Positions 18,916 through 29,852 are shown, numbered from the stretch's first letter. The stretch: 56,149 bases of DNA from Promethearchaeota archaeon (GCA_048940925.1 JBHLOC010000030.1:1-56149); one strand, 5' to 3'. Numbers and translations are program-made. Notes: generated by a model from the letters alone, not told the origin.

Positions 18916-20109
18916 ATGACTTTTTCAAAATATATATATCTTGATAATGCTGCTACTACTCCAATGGATCCCAGAGTTATTGAAGAAATTAACATACATT
19001 TTAGAGAAACTTATGGAAATTCTTCAAGTTTACATTCTGTAGGACAAAAAGCGGGTCAACTTTTAATAAAATCGCGTGAGGCTATAGCATCATTAATCAA
19101 TGCGAGTAGGGATGATATATATTTCACCTCTTCAGGAACTGAGGCTGATAACATTGCGATCTTTGGTGTTGCTTCGAAAAATAAAAAAAAAGGAAATCAT
19201 ATAATTACGAGTTCAATTGAACATCATGCAGTAGAAAATCCATATAAAGAATTAGAAAAAAAAGGGTTCAACACTACCTTTTTACCTGTGGATAAATATG
19301 GTTTAATTGATCTAAAAGACTTAGAGGATGCTATAACAGATGAAACAATTCTAATAAGCATTATGTTTGCAAATAATGAAATTGGTACAATTGAACCTAT
19401 AAAGGAAATTGGAGCAATAGCAAAAAAACATGATGTTCCTTTTCATACAGACGCTGTTCAAGCTTTTGGAAAAGTTCCAATTGACGTAAATGATATGAAT
19501 ATTGATTTATTATCTGCATCTGCCCATAAACTTCATGGTCCTAAAGGAGTAGGAATGTTATACATTCGCAATAAGGGAATAAGAAAGGGATGGGGAAAAT
19601 TTATCGAGCCCATTATGTTTGGTGGAGGCCATGAAAAAAACATGAGACCAAGCACAGTAAATGTTCCTGGAATTGCAGGGTTTGCAAAGGCAGTGAAGAT
19701 TGCGAAGGAAGAAATGCTAAAAGAAATAGAAAGACAAACTAGATTACGTGATAAAATTATAGGATGGGTTATTGAAAATATTGAAGATTCCTTTCTAAAT
19801 GGTCACCCTACTCAAAGACTTCCAAATAACGTAAATTTAGGATTTAAATATATTGAAGGTGAGTCAATTGTATTAGACTTAGATGCTGAGGGAATAGCTA
19901 CTTCTACTGGTTCTGCTTGCTCTTCTGAGTCATTAGAACCATCCCATGTGTTATTAGCAATAGGTCTAAAACCTGAGGATGCCCATGGGTCATTGAGGGT
20001 ATCGTTAAGTAGATTTACAACTGATGAAGAAATAGATTACTTCTTAAAGAAATTACCCCATGTGATTGAAAGGCTCAGAAAAATATCTCCCTTAAAAAAA
20101 GGAGTTTAA
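18916..20109 (+). CDS. iscS: cysteine desulfurase IscS/NifS
   Basis: YLDNAATT, EHHAV, TDAVQ, SAHK (PLP lysine), STGSACSS. Confidence 0.95.
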   Translation: MTFSKYIYLDNAATTPMDPRVIEEINIHFRETYGNSSSLHSVGQKAGQLLIKSREAIASLINASRDDIYFTSSGTEADNIAIFGVASKNKKKGNHIITSSIEHHAVENPYKELEKKGFNTTFLPVDKYGLIDLKDLEDAITDETILISIMFANNEIGTIEPIKEIGAIAKKHDVPFHTDAVQAFGKVPIDVNDMNIDLLSASAHKLHGPKGVGMLYIRNKGIRKGWGKFIEPIMFGGGHEKNMRPSTVNVPGIAGFAKAVKIAKEEMLKEIERQTRLRDKIIGWVIENIEDSFLNGHPTQRLPNNVNLGFKYIEGESIVLDLDAEGIATSTGSACSSESLEPSHVLLAIGLKPEDAHGSLRVSLSRFTTDEEIDYFLKKLPHVIERLRKISPLKKGV

Positions 20110-20148
20110 TATATGTTCAAATAAAGCCTACTAATCAATGATATTTCA

Positions 20149-20175
20149 TGCTAAGATCTTTCTTTATGCTTAGCA
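20149..20175. terminator. possible hairpin between the convergent iscS and permease genes
   Basis: TGCTAAG-N13-CTTAGCA inverted repeat. Confidence 0.25.
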
Positions 20176-20204
20176 AAGATTTAACTCTTAATAATTTCAT
20201 TTTT

Positions 20205-21506
20205 TTAGCTATAAAATAGAGTTAAGAGAAATAAAAAGCCAATAGATAAAATCACATGAATTATTGCAAATGAAGCACCTACTTTTAATAATCTTTTATA
20301 GTTAAGGTTTTCAACACCATTGTTTTGAGCTATTTTGAGAGTTAACATATCACATGCTGCTCCTTGGGGAATCAAATTTCCTCCAATATTTATTCCAATT
20401 ATAAATGCAAAGAATAAGGGAATAGAAGGAACGGAAAACTCTTCAATTAATAATCCGATAATTGGTATAAAAATTAAGGCTGTTGGTGTGTTTGCTACAA
20501 AACCAGATATTAAACTAACCATAATTAAAATAACAAGACATACAATAAACGGATCTAGTAATTGAAAAGGTATTCCCTTAAAAAGATCTTCAAACCCAGC
20601 TTCTAAAAGACAGCCTATAACAACGTATAAAGCTATAAAGAAAAAAATTATTTCCCATTCAATTTCTTTAAAAAATTCACTTGTTTTTTTATTTGTAAAT
20701 TTTCTATTAATTATCACTAGTATAAATGCAGAAAACGCGGCCGTTAAATAAAGCAACGGCAAAATCGCAAATAAAATAATTGTTATGATTATTGCTATGC
20801 TGTTAAAATAAAACATTTTTTTATTTGAAATCATTACTTCCGCATCTATTAGATCTAATACCATTTTTTTATTAATATCTTCAATTATAGGTTCTTTACT
20901 CAAAATAAGTGTATCTATTAAGAAAGCTGTGATAAATAAGAGAAAAAAGGAAAAAACCCAATAATATTGTATAAAATATAAAGTATCCAACCCAAATTGA
21001 GTAGAAATTATGATATTTTCTCCACTTGAGAAGGGGGTTATAATTGACCCGATATTAATGCAAATTGTCATTCCGAGTAAATAGGTTCCCGCTCTAATCC
21101 GTAAGAAACGACATAGTCTAATTACTACAGGGGCTAAAATTAAAACAACAACAGCATCACTTATAATAGCTGCGAGAAGAGTTGTTATTATACAAATCAA
21201 ATAAAAAAATGTTCTTTCATTTCCTTTTGATATTTTAAAAAGTTTTACTGCTAAAAATTCTAAAATGTTTGAATCTTGAGCTATTTTTGTAATAATGCTC
21301 ATAGATAAAATCACAATAATAGCTTCCCATTCAATATATTTAGAAACAAATACAGTAATATCTATGTGTTTAGTTAAACCTATTATTGTTCCCGCTAATA
21401 AACATCCTATTAAAGAGATAGCTACAAAATCTAACTCTTTGATAGAATAGCTAATTAAAATAACAGCAAAAATGATAAAAATGATAATTAAAAGTATAAT
21501 ATCCAT
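20205..21506 (-). CDS. SLC13/ArsB/NhaD-superfamily anion permease
   Basis: About 11-12 TM helices; NIGSIITPFSSGENII, SGFVANTPT, NIGGNLIPQGAA. Confidence 0.85.
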   Translation of the reverse strand: MDIILLIIIFIIFAVILISYSIKELDFVAISLIGCLLAGTIIGLTKHIDITVFVSKYIEWEAIIVILSMSIITKIAQDSNILEFLAVKLFKISKGNERTFFYLICIITTLLAAIISDAVVVLILAPVVIRLCRFLRIRAGTYLLGMTICINIGSIITPFSSGENIIISTQFGLDTLYFIQYYWVFSFFLLFITAFLIDTLILSKEPIIEDINKKMVLDLIDAEVMISNKKMFYFNSIAIIITIILFAILPLLYLTAAFSAFILVIINRKFTNKKTSEFFKEIEWEIIFFFIALYVVIGCLLEAGFEDLFKGIPFQLLDPFIVCLVILIMVSLISGFVANTPTALIFIPIIGLLIEEFSVPSIPLFFAFIIGINIGGNLIPQGAACDMLTLKIAQNNGVENLNYKRLLKVGASFAIIHVILSIGFLFLLTLFYS

Positions 21507-21686
21507 TATAGTTGAGATGATAAGATATGAAATATTGAATAATTACTATAGAAATTAAATAAAAATTTAAAGTTAATTTATCTAGATATATCCATTGGGT
21601 GTATTTCATTCTTACAATTAGCTTTAAGACAATTAAAAAGTTATATATAATTTAAACCAATAATTTTCTATTAAATACAAAAATTT

Positions 21687-22808
21687 GTGTATTTAGTTTT
21701 GAATGGAGAGATCATTTTTCTTAGATTACTTGATGTAGGAAAAAGTATTAATTTAAGAGAACTTGCTTCTATTTTTCCAAGAATTACAGATAAACGAATT
21801 ATTAAAACTAAAGATACACCTTCTTACTTAGATTTTCCTAAACCTGTAACGATCGAACTTAAGCAAGATATTTCGTTAAAAGAAGACTTTATTAGAGATA
21901 TGAAATTTTTGGTTAAAATTTATGAAGATGGTGTTATTTCTCTTATAGGAAGATTGAAATTTATGAATCTACCTTTAGGAGAGTTACATAAAGTAAAAAA
22001 GATTAAGTTTTTCACTCAAGATGGTGAATTTGATATAAATAAATTTTTAAAATTTCATTCCAGCAAAATCTATGCACAAATAAAAAAATTTATTGATGAG
22101 GAGAATTATATTTTTGACTCCTCGCATTATGAAAAATACACTTTATTTTGCTTGACTGATAAAATAGAAAATCCTAATGAATTTCTTGAAAAAAATAAAA
22201 ATTATTTCGCAGCTCTTTTAATGGGTGAAAATCCTTCTTTAAATCTACATCTCAAGCAAGTAAATAATACATTAGAAAATTCCTTCTCTTTTTTAGAAAA
22301 TGATTTGGTAATTTTTGATTTTGATAGGTGTTTGATTATTGATCCAAATTGTGATTATGACGACATATTATTAATTACTGAAATTGCAAATTATCAATTA
22401 CTTGAATTACGTGTGCTAGATTATTTATTAGATAAAAGATTAACTTTAGCTGAAGCTGATATACAAGTAATTTATTTTAAAAATCGTGGCATACTAAAAA
22501 GATTAAAGAAAAGGGTGGGAAATTTACTCAGATTACGCCATGATTTAACATTTTTATTAGAAAATATCGAAAACGTTTCAAAGCTAATTGGTGATTATTA
22601 TTTATCTCAAATTTATAAATCTTTATCAAATTTATTTCAATTAAAACAATGGAGTAATAGTATCCGTCATCGTATTGAGACTTTAGGTGATATCTACAAT
22701 ATTGCTCAAACAAATATAAATGAAAAGTTTCTGCTATACCTCGAGATTCTATTAAGCTTTGTATTTATAATGGAATTTGTATTTTTAATTCTAGACTTTT
22801 TTAAATAA
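21687..22808 (+). CDS. RMD1/DUF155-like protein with a C-terminal TM helix
   Basis: QLLELR..D..LD, IGDYYLSQIY....LF....W...I..R, terminal LEILL hydrophobic helix. Confidence 0.65.
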   Translation: MYLVLNGEIIFLRLLDVGKSINLRELASIFPRITDKRIIKTKDTPSYLDFPKPVTIELKQDISLKEDFIRDMKFLVKIYEDGVISLIGRLKFMNLPLGELHKVKKIKFFTQDGEFDINKFLKFHSSKIYAQIKKFIDEENYIFDSSHYEKYTLFCLTDKIENPNEFLEKNKNYFAALLMGENPSLNLHLKQVNNTLENSFSFLENDLVIFDFDRCLIIDPNCDYDDILLITEIANYQLLELRVLDYLLDKRLTLAEADIQVIYFKNRGILKRLKKRVGNLLRLRHDLTFLLENIENVSKLIGDYYLSQIYKSLSNLFQLKQWSNSIRHRIETLGDIYNIAQTNINEKFLLYLEILLSFVFIMEFVFLILDFFK

Positions 22809-22867
22809 ATTAAATTGTATAAAATGGAAATAGAATTCGAAAAATTTAAATTATTTATATGAATAAT

Positions 22868-24820
22868 CTACGATTCTAAATCTTCTTTAATTATTTTCAA
22901 TCTTTGTTCCACAGCATTAATTATTTTTAATAACATTTCTTTATATGAATATCCCGCAAATTTAGACATTTTAGCTAAATGTCCATCCCAACACCATCCA
23001 GGATTTGGATTAACTTCCAATAATTTTGGATTACCATTAATATCAAGTCTCCAATCAAATCTTACATAATCTTTGCATTCTAATCTCTCAAATAATTTTA
23101 AAGAACATGATTCAATTAAATGAGTAGTTTCTTCCGGAAGTTCAGCAAGAATTGATTTAATATTCCAATAAGGAGAATCTGGAAGCCATTTAGCCTCATA
23201 TCCACAAATTTTCGGTAATTCTGGTGGTAAACTTGAATAATCTTCCTCTATTATCGGTAGGATGATATAATCATCAGGAGGATTTCCTATAATACCTAGT
23301 GTTAAATCTTTTCCAGTGAGGAATTGTTCAATTAAAATTGGTTTATCATATCCAAATTTTTCTCTAATTTCTGTAATTGCATTTAATAATTCTTCACCAT
23401 TATTAACCACACTTCTTTGAGTAATACCAAAGCTCGAATCTCCAAAATTAGGTTTTACAATAGCAGGAAAATATAAGGGTAAATCAATAATTTTATCTTC
23501 AGGTTTAATGTATATAGCTTCTGGTACGGGAATTTCTAACTCTTTAGCAATACCTCTTACTAATGATTTATCATAACAGAAAGCAAGACATTGTGGACCA
23601 GAACCAGAATAAGGAATTTTAAGCATTTCCATCAAAGCAGGGATATGTAATTCCTTTCGAGGATCATTATAATACCCTTCATCACATAAGTTAAAAATAT
23701 AATCAATTTTTCCTCTTGTCTTTATGACATCTTGAATTAAAGTATCATGGTTGTTTAAGTACGTAAAATTATATCCTTTTATATCTTTTAGAGCTGCTTT
23801 TAGTTGATCTATTGTATAAAGATCATCATCATCGAAGATTGTTGATGGTTTAAGGAAATCAGGTTTGTTTGGGTCTCCGAATAGAACTACTACATTTTTC
23901 TCTTTAAAATTGACTTTTTTCTTGATAGTTGTCCATTCTTTCTTTGCTATAGCACTTACTAAAAGTCTTCTTTCCATCATACCTAAATCTTGATCACGTT
24001 GAGATTCAGGTTTCATTATACCATGAAATATTATATCACTAAAACCAGATTTTTCTAATAACTCAAAAATTTGGTTTTTTGAATATAATCTTTCAGCGTA
24101 AAATTGATCTACGAGTACCCCTTTATTAACATGTGTAATAACTTCACGTGAAATTAACTTTTGTTTATCTAATGATAAAGATCTTTCACGACATACAAAA
24201 TATTCTTTATCGATCCATTCCCATGAACGTTCCTGAAAATTCTTTCTTAAATATTCCCCATCTGTAAGATCAATTAGAATTTTTCCCCATGGCTTAAGAG
24301 TGCGAAATGCTTCTTTTAATACTTTAAAATCATCATTTATAGCTTCAAAATAGCCGAAACTATTTCCTAGGATCATAATAAAATCAAAAGTATCAGAAGA
24401 ATACGGTAACTTTCGGGCATCTCCTTCACGAAATTTGCATATAATGCCATTCTTTTTCGCATTAGTTTTAGCTCTATGTATTAAGTATCCTGATCGATCC
24501 AAGCCCTCAACATTTTCAAACCCTCTCTTTGTTAATTCAATTGAATGGCGTCCTTGTCCACAACAAAGATCTAAAATATGATTCTCTGGTTTAATATTCA
24601 AAATCTTTGAAAAGATGTTAATTTCATATGAAGTAATATTCTTATCTTCAACAACATCTCCATCTGTTTTTAAATAATAAGAATTGAAAATCTTTTTCCA
24701 CCAATCTTTCCTAACATATTCCTCTAGATTGCTTAAAGGTCCTAGACAATGCGTATTATTAGTTATTCTCTTTCCTAAAGAAATATTTTTTCCTTTATTA
24801 CTCTCGGTTTGTATATTCAT
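22868..24820 (-). CDS. fusion of a class I SAM methyltransferase and a D-Ala-D-Ala-ligase-like ATP-grasp domain
   Basis: ILDLCCGQGRH, GDAR, NSFGYF; then YSGSG...CYDK, IVKP..GDSSFGI, EQFLTG, RFDWR, LEVNPNPG. Confidence 0.88.
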   Translation of the reverse strand: MNIQTESNKGKNISLGKRITNNTHCLGPLSNLEEYVRKDWWKKIFNSYYLKTDGDVVEDKNITSYEINIFSKILNIKPENHILDLCCGQGRHSIELTKRGFENVEGLDRSGYLIHRAKTNAKKNGIICKFREGDARKLPYSSDTFDFIMILGNSFGYFEAINDDFKVLKEAFRTLKPWGKILIDLTDGEYLRKNFQERSWEWIDKEYFVCRERSLSLDKQKLISREVITHVNKGVLVDQFYAERLYSKNQIFELLEKSGFSDIIFHGIMKPESQRDQDLGMMERRLLVSAIAKKEWTTIKKKVNFKEKNVVVLFGDPNKPDFLKPSTIFDDDDLYTIDQLKAALKDIKGYNFTYLNNHDTLIQDVIKTRGKIDYIFNLCDEGYYNDPRKELHIPALMEMLKIPYSGSGPQCLAFCYDKSLVRGIAKELEIPVPEAIYIKPEDKIIDLPLYFPAIVKPNFGDSSFGITQRSVVNNGEELLNAITEIREKFGYDKPILIEQFLTGKDLTLGIIGNPPDDYIILPIIEEDYSSLPPELPKICGYEAKWLPDSPYWNIKSILAELPEETTHLIESCSLKLFERLECKDYVRFDWRLDINGNPKLLEVNPNPGWCWDGHLAKMSKFAGYSYKEMLLKIINAVEQRLKIIKEDLES

Positions 24821-25658
24821 TCTTTCATTTAATCATTTTATTTTTAATATATTTCACTATTTAAACCTAAATTAATATAAATAAAATATAATTTTTCACA
24901 AAATATTCTCTCATAAACCCTGTGTAAATTAACAAAATTTCTTCTAAATACAATATTGTATGTAAACAATATGGCTTAAAATTTTGATGTCTTTTATTAT
25001 TATATTATCTTAATTTGACTTTTTTTAACTTAAAATTAACTATTCTATTTGAAATCAATAAAAATCAACTTTATTTATAAATCTTTCCATTACTATCTAT
25101 TAAAAATAAGATAACCTATTAAGCCTTTTACTGATATTTTTTTAGATATAATTCTTTAAAATATTTAAATTGTTTAAATAAAGGTTAAAAAAAGACAATA
25201 TAAATTAAAGTATTATTTTAGAGTTTTTTTAGATTTTATATTAGAACATAAACCTTCTTTAAGTTAAAAAAATGTGGTTTAGTATTACAAATTTTTATTG
25301 TTTGGGGTAATCAAATTATATAATTAATATATTATTTAAAATATCAACTATATGTAATTTTCTACTAAATTTAGAAAAAAATGTGAAATATAACATCATC
25401 TAAAAGTTTATTCTGCTTTTAATCACACAAAATTGGAAATATTTGAAATTTATGAAAATTAAAATTAGAACGAAATGAAAATTGTCCAGAATCTATCAAT
25501 TTATACCTAATATTTTTTTAAATTAGTCAATTATTAGGCTTTGATTTTAAAGAATTACATGAAAAAGAAATTAATATAAATGAATACTAATTATACATTT
25601 TTTAGAGTCTTAAATTAAATGAAATTTTATTATTCAAAATAATATATATAAGTTTAAA

Positions 25659-26318
25659 GTGGAAAGTCCAAAAACTTTAGCAATTCTAATATTAATTGGT
25701 GGAAAAAGCACACGATTTGGCACTGAAAAAGCGGCAATAGACGTTTTTGGGAAACCGTTAATTTTGTATCAAATAGAGGTCATATCTAAGTTTGATCAAG
25801 ATATCTTTTTGGTAGCTCATTCTGAAGAACAAGTTTTTAATTACCATAAAGAAATAGAATTTCCAAAAGAAGTTACCTTCATAATAGATGATCGTGAGAT
25901 CTTTGAACATACAAAAATATATAAACCCATGTTAGGAATATATTCAGGCTTTAAAGAACTATTTAGGTTAGGTTTTAAGAAGGCATTTTTATTATCATGT
26001 GATATGCCCTTAATTAAACCAAAAGTTTTAGAATTTATGATAAAAGAATCAGAAGGATTCGAATGTTGTATCCCAAGATGGAATAATGGCTTTTTAGAGC
26101 CATTTTTTGCTATTTATCCTGTTGAAAAAGGGTTTTATAAGGCTAAAGAAATTTTAACAACAGAAAATTATGGTTTATATAACTTCATTGAGAAAAGTTG
26201 GAAAATTAATTTTGTATCTGTTGAGAGATCAATTCAACCAATGGATCAAAGTTTAGTTACTTTAATAAATATAAAAGGACCAATTGATATTATTAAACTG
26301 GTAAAATTGTTTGAATAA
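25659..26318 (+). CDS. mobA: molybdenum cofactor guanylyltransferase MobA
   Basis: LIGGKSTRFGTEKA, PMLGIYSG, SCDMP, EPFFAIY. Confidence 0.85.
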   Translation: MESPKTLAILILIGGKSTRFGTEKAAIDVFGKPLILYQIEVISKFDQDIFLVAHSEEQVFNYHKEIEFPKEVTFIIDDREIFEHTKIYKPMLGIYSGFKELFRLGFKKAFLLSCDMPLIKPKVLEFMIKESEGFECCIPRWNNGFLEPFFAIYPVEKGFYKAKEILTTENYGLYNFIEKSWKINFVSVERSIQPMDQSLVTLINIKGPIDIIKLVKLFE

Positions 26319-26567
26319 GATTATTTCTATAAGGATTATACTCCTCTCTAGATTGGCTTTTTTATTAACAATACCCAATCCATCGAGAAACTCCTAAATT
26401 TTTAAATTTACTTGATTAAAAATAAGCTTTTTTCTTTAAATTCACCTTACTATTTTTCTACTAAATTTTTTTTACTAGATAACTTTATTAAGCAGATTTT
26501 TTATTTACAATATTCGAAGGACAATATTAATTTATGGAATTAAAAGATTTTAAAGGTGAAAGCTTAA

Positions 26568-27485
26568 ATGAAAAGTCAAAAAGAACGCTTAAATTATAAA
26601 GAGCAAACAGAAGATAGATGTTGTGAAAATCCTTGTATTGATATTAGAAGAGGTAATAATGTTTGTGTAAATTGTGGATTAGTATTCGACGTTCATTTGG
26701 TTGAAAGTGAAAGAAGAGCCTATGGTAATGAAGAAATAGAAAAAAGAAAACAAACAGAACCAAGATGGAGAGATTTTGGATCAAGAACTATTCTTTCTAC
26801 AAGTCGAGTGGATTATCAGGGGAATTATTTAAACGCTGAAAAGAAAACTCTTTTTTTAAGGTTATCAAAAATTCAAAATTCTTTGATTTCAGGTGTAGAA
26901 AGAAATTTTTGGGAAGCAAAACCAAAAATGAAACAACTTGTTTATAAATTGAATGTTCCAGAATATATTCATGAAATGGCATGGAAAATTTATACTCTTA
27001 CTGCCAAAAAAAAGTTGACAATGGGGCGCTCTATCGATAGCTTTATCGCAGCTTCAATATATGTAGCTATTAGGGTACATGAGTTTCCTAGACTGTTAGA
27101 AGAAATAAGCGATGCAGCCATGATAAATCGTAAAGTTGTGATACATACCTTAAGTTTGCTTCTTAGAGAAATTTTACCTGAATTAAATATCACCTATAAA
27201 CCTATTAGTGCTAACCAATTAATATTTAAATTTGGAAATGAATTAGGATTTTCAATAGAAGTCCAAAAGTATGCTTTAAAATTGCTCTCTAATTCTTTAA
27301 AAATGGGTCTTACATCAAATGGAAAGGATCCGAAAGGATTTGCTGCTTCAGCACTTTACTTAGCTGCAAAATCAGCAGGACATAAGAAAACACAAACAGA
27401 AATAGCTGAAATTGCTAAAATTACTGAAGTTACTTTAAGAACGAGAATAAAAGAAATTAATGATAGAATTGGTTTAATACTATAA
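26568..27485 (+). CDS. tfb: transcription initiation factor IIB (TFB paralogue)
   Basis: Zn ribbon CC...CVNCG, ERRAY, GRSI, GKDPKGFAA, ITEVTLRTR. Confidence 0.92.
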   Translation: MKSQKERLNYKEQTEDRCCENPCIDIRRGNNVCVNCGLVFDVHLVESERRAYGNEEIEKRKQTEPRWRDFGSRTILSTSRVDYQGNYLNAEKKTLFLRLSKIQNSLISGVERNFWEAKPKMKQLVYKLNVPEYIHEMAWKIYTLTAKKKLTMGRSIDSFIAASIYVAIRVHEFPRLLEEISDAAMINRKVVIHTLSLLLREILPELNITYKPISANQLIFKFGNELGFSIEVQKYALKLLSNSLKMGLTSNGKDPKGFAASALYLAAKSAGHKKTQTEIAEIAKITEVTLRTRIKEINDRIGLIL

Positions 27486-27501
27486 ATGATAAAATCTTAA
27501 A

Positions 27502-28713
27502 TTATACAAAAAGGTCTGAAGAACAAAAACTATCGGTTTTGTTTATCATGATTTTGTCTACAGCTTTCAAAAAGTCATCATTGGAAATTATATCAGAGTT
27601 CCTTCTGATAGCATACATTCCAGCTTCTGTACAAATACCTTTAATATCTGAACCAGTAATCCCCTCTGTAAGAGAAACTAGAGCTTTAATACTTATATTT
27701 TGTTCTAAATTAAGTTTCCTCATATGAATTTTAAATATTGATTCTCGTGCTTCTTCATTTGGTAAAGGAAATTCTATAATCCTATCAAATCGACCAGGTC
27801 TTAATATTGCAGGATCTAATATATCATATCTGTTTGTAGCGGCAATAAATTTAACATCTCCTCTCTGATCAAATCCATCTAATTCACTCAATAGTTGCAT
27901 TAATGTTCTATTTACTTCTCTATCACCTGAAGTTGCATCTTCCATCCTTACTGCACCTATTGCATCTAGTTCATCGATAAATAAAATAGATGGTGCTTTT
28001 TGTCTTGCTAAATTGAAAATATCCCGTACATATTGAGCACCTTCTCCAATAAATTTTTGTACTAATTCAGAGCCTATCACTTTTATAAATGTTGCGTTTG
28101 CTTCATGTGCCACTGCTTTTGCTAATAATGTTTTACCTGTTCCAGGATATCCATGAAAAAGGACACCTCTAGGTGGTTCGATCCCAATTCTTTCAAATAA
28201 TTCTGGTTTTTTTAATGGTAATTCTACAACTTCTCTAACTTCTTGAATTTGCTCATTTAAACCACCAATATCGTCATATGAAACATCAATTAGAGTGTCT
28301 ATTACCTCCATCCCTTTGATAAATGGATCGACTTCTTTCGGTAATATTTCCATTACTGTATAATTTCTTTGATTCAATGCTATATTTGACCCAGGAATTA
28401 TTTTCTCTTTTTGTATTTTATGACTTACCTTAACAATATAACTAGCATTGGTAGTGCATCTAATTATTACACGTTCAAGTTTATCATCTAAAACATCAGT
28501 TATTTGTCCTGTTAATAATGGAGGTTCACATAAACGATCTATCTCTAATCTTAAACTTTTTACTTCATGTTCCAACCGGGATAATTCTGATCTTACAATA
28601 TTTTTTTCTAATTCAATATCCTTAATTTTTTTCTCAAGATGATTAATATAGGAGGTAATTTTTTTAATATCCTCAGATCTATTTCTTCCATTATCTGTTT
28701 CTGTTGAGTTCAT
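27502..28713 (-). CDS. pan: proteasome-activating nucleotidase PAN
   Basis: N-terminal coiled coil + OB fold, YDDIGGL, PGTGKT, ELVQKFIGEG, FIDELD, RPGRFDR, C-terminal LFV. Confidence 0.95.
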   Translation of the reverse strand: MNSTETDNGRNRSEDIKKITSYINHLEKKIKDIELEKNIVRSELSRLEHEVKSLRLEIDRLCEPPLLTGQITDVLDDKLERVIIRCTTNASYIVKVSHKIQKEKIIPGSNIALNQRNYTVMEILPKEVDPFIKGMEVIDTLIDVSYDDIGGLNEQIQEVREVVELPLKKPELFERIGIEPPRGVLFHGYPGTGKTLLAKAVAHEANATFIKVIGSELVQKFIGEGAQYVRDIFNLARQKAPSILFIDELDAIGAVRMEDATSGDREVNRTLMQLLSELDGFDQRGDVKFIAATNRYDILDPAILRPGRFDRIIEFPLPNEEARESIFKIHMRKLNLEQNISIKALVSLTEGITGSDIKGICTEAGMYAIRRNSDIISNDDFLKAVDKIMINKTDSFCSSDLFV

Positions 28714-29503
28714 CTCTATTTTTAAATTTTATAATATCCTGTGAATTGTAATCTGTGTTAATTTAAAAAAATTATCTGTTGAAATATTTCTACTTTTGTT
28801 CTTTTTTACACTAATATGTTATATCCCCATATGCTAGACTTTCTAAGGTTTTGGGTCATAAATCTATAATTATGTTTAATTAAACCTAAAATCAATATCT
28901 GAAATTAATTAAAACCAAACCAATTTATAAACTTTTTTAAAACATATGCTATAAGTAAGAAAAATTTAATGGATTTATATCTATTCATTTTAATGATTGA
29001 ATACATTTACATTTATTATTAGGACCTTATTTATATCAAGGAAATAAACTTTAATCAGATTAACTATTACTTTTTCATTTATTATAAATTTTGGAAAAAT
29101 CTACAATTTCTGATGATGACTTTTGGATTATCTTCAAATTAAAATATATAAAAAGAAGATTTGATTTAAAAAAGCGACTCTTTAATTAATCTAGAGAAAT
29201 TTTTCAGTTTAATTAAAGAATCTATAAGAAATATGAAAAATAAAAATATACTATTAGAATTGAGTTACTTTTTTAAATACAAAAGGCTTCATTATCTTAA
29301 TATTTATTAAGGTAAATCAATTAGAGTGCGATTTAATCATTTCTTTGATATCAAATCTTACTATGTTCTGACCATCTTTTTAAATTTGAATTGTTATTAT
29401 TAAAACTAGAAAGATTTAAATATGTAATATGTTTTTCAACGTAATTGATAATATATATTAATTTTAACCTAATAAAAAGAATAGAAAAAATTAGCTAAGA
29501 AAA

Positions 29504-29638
29504 ATGAATTCAAAACAAAAAAATCAGAAGAAAAAGTATGAGGAAGAAGATGAATGGGATGAGGACGAAGAGTACGATGAAGATGATGATTGGGAGGATG
29601 ATTGGGAAGACGATGAAGAATTCGAAGAAGATTATTAA
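29504..29638 (+). CDS. 44-aa acidic, Trp-containing disordered microprotein (Sem1/DSS1-like motifs); absent from the ORF track
   Basis: Manual translation: MNSKQKNQKKKYEEEDEWDEDEEYDEDDDWEDDWEDDEEFEEDY*. Clean GAN-codon periodicity inside AT-rich DNA. Confidence 0.7.
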   Translation: MNSKQKNQKKKYEEEDEWDEDEEYDEDDDWEDDWEDDEEFEEDY

Positions 29639-29852
29639 TAAATAACTTAAATCCTGTTCTCCACTATCTATAATTCAGAAAAAGCATAATAGAACTAATT
29701 TTTTTTAGAACTGTTTCTCACTATACTCTAATATCTATGATATTGTAGATTTTCAGAGATAGCTCCAATTTTAAAGGTATTATTCATATTTTCAATTGTT
29801 TATGACTGAAAATTCGTAATAATTTTTTGGAAAGAAAGTTTGTTAAAAAATA

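Noticed and set aside
27502-27513. PAN ends in LFV rather than the canonical HbYX motif
   Set aside because: Phe at the penultimate position occurs in other archaeal PANs.
29521-29638. GAN-rich tract as a microsatellite or CRISPR-like repeat
   Set aside because: There is no fixed repeat unit or spacers; it is better explained as Asp/Glu codons of a small ORF.
29655-29735. Imperfect direct repeat (CTGTTCTCCACTAT / CTGTTTCTCACTAT)
   Set aside because: Only two degenerate copies; not enough to assign a function.
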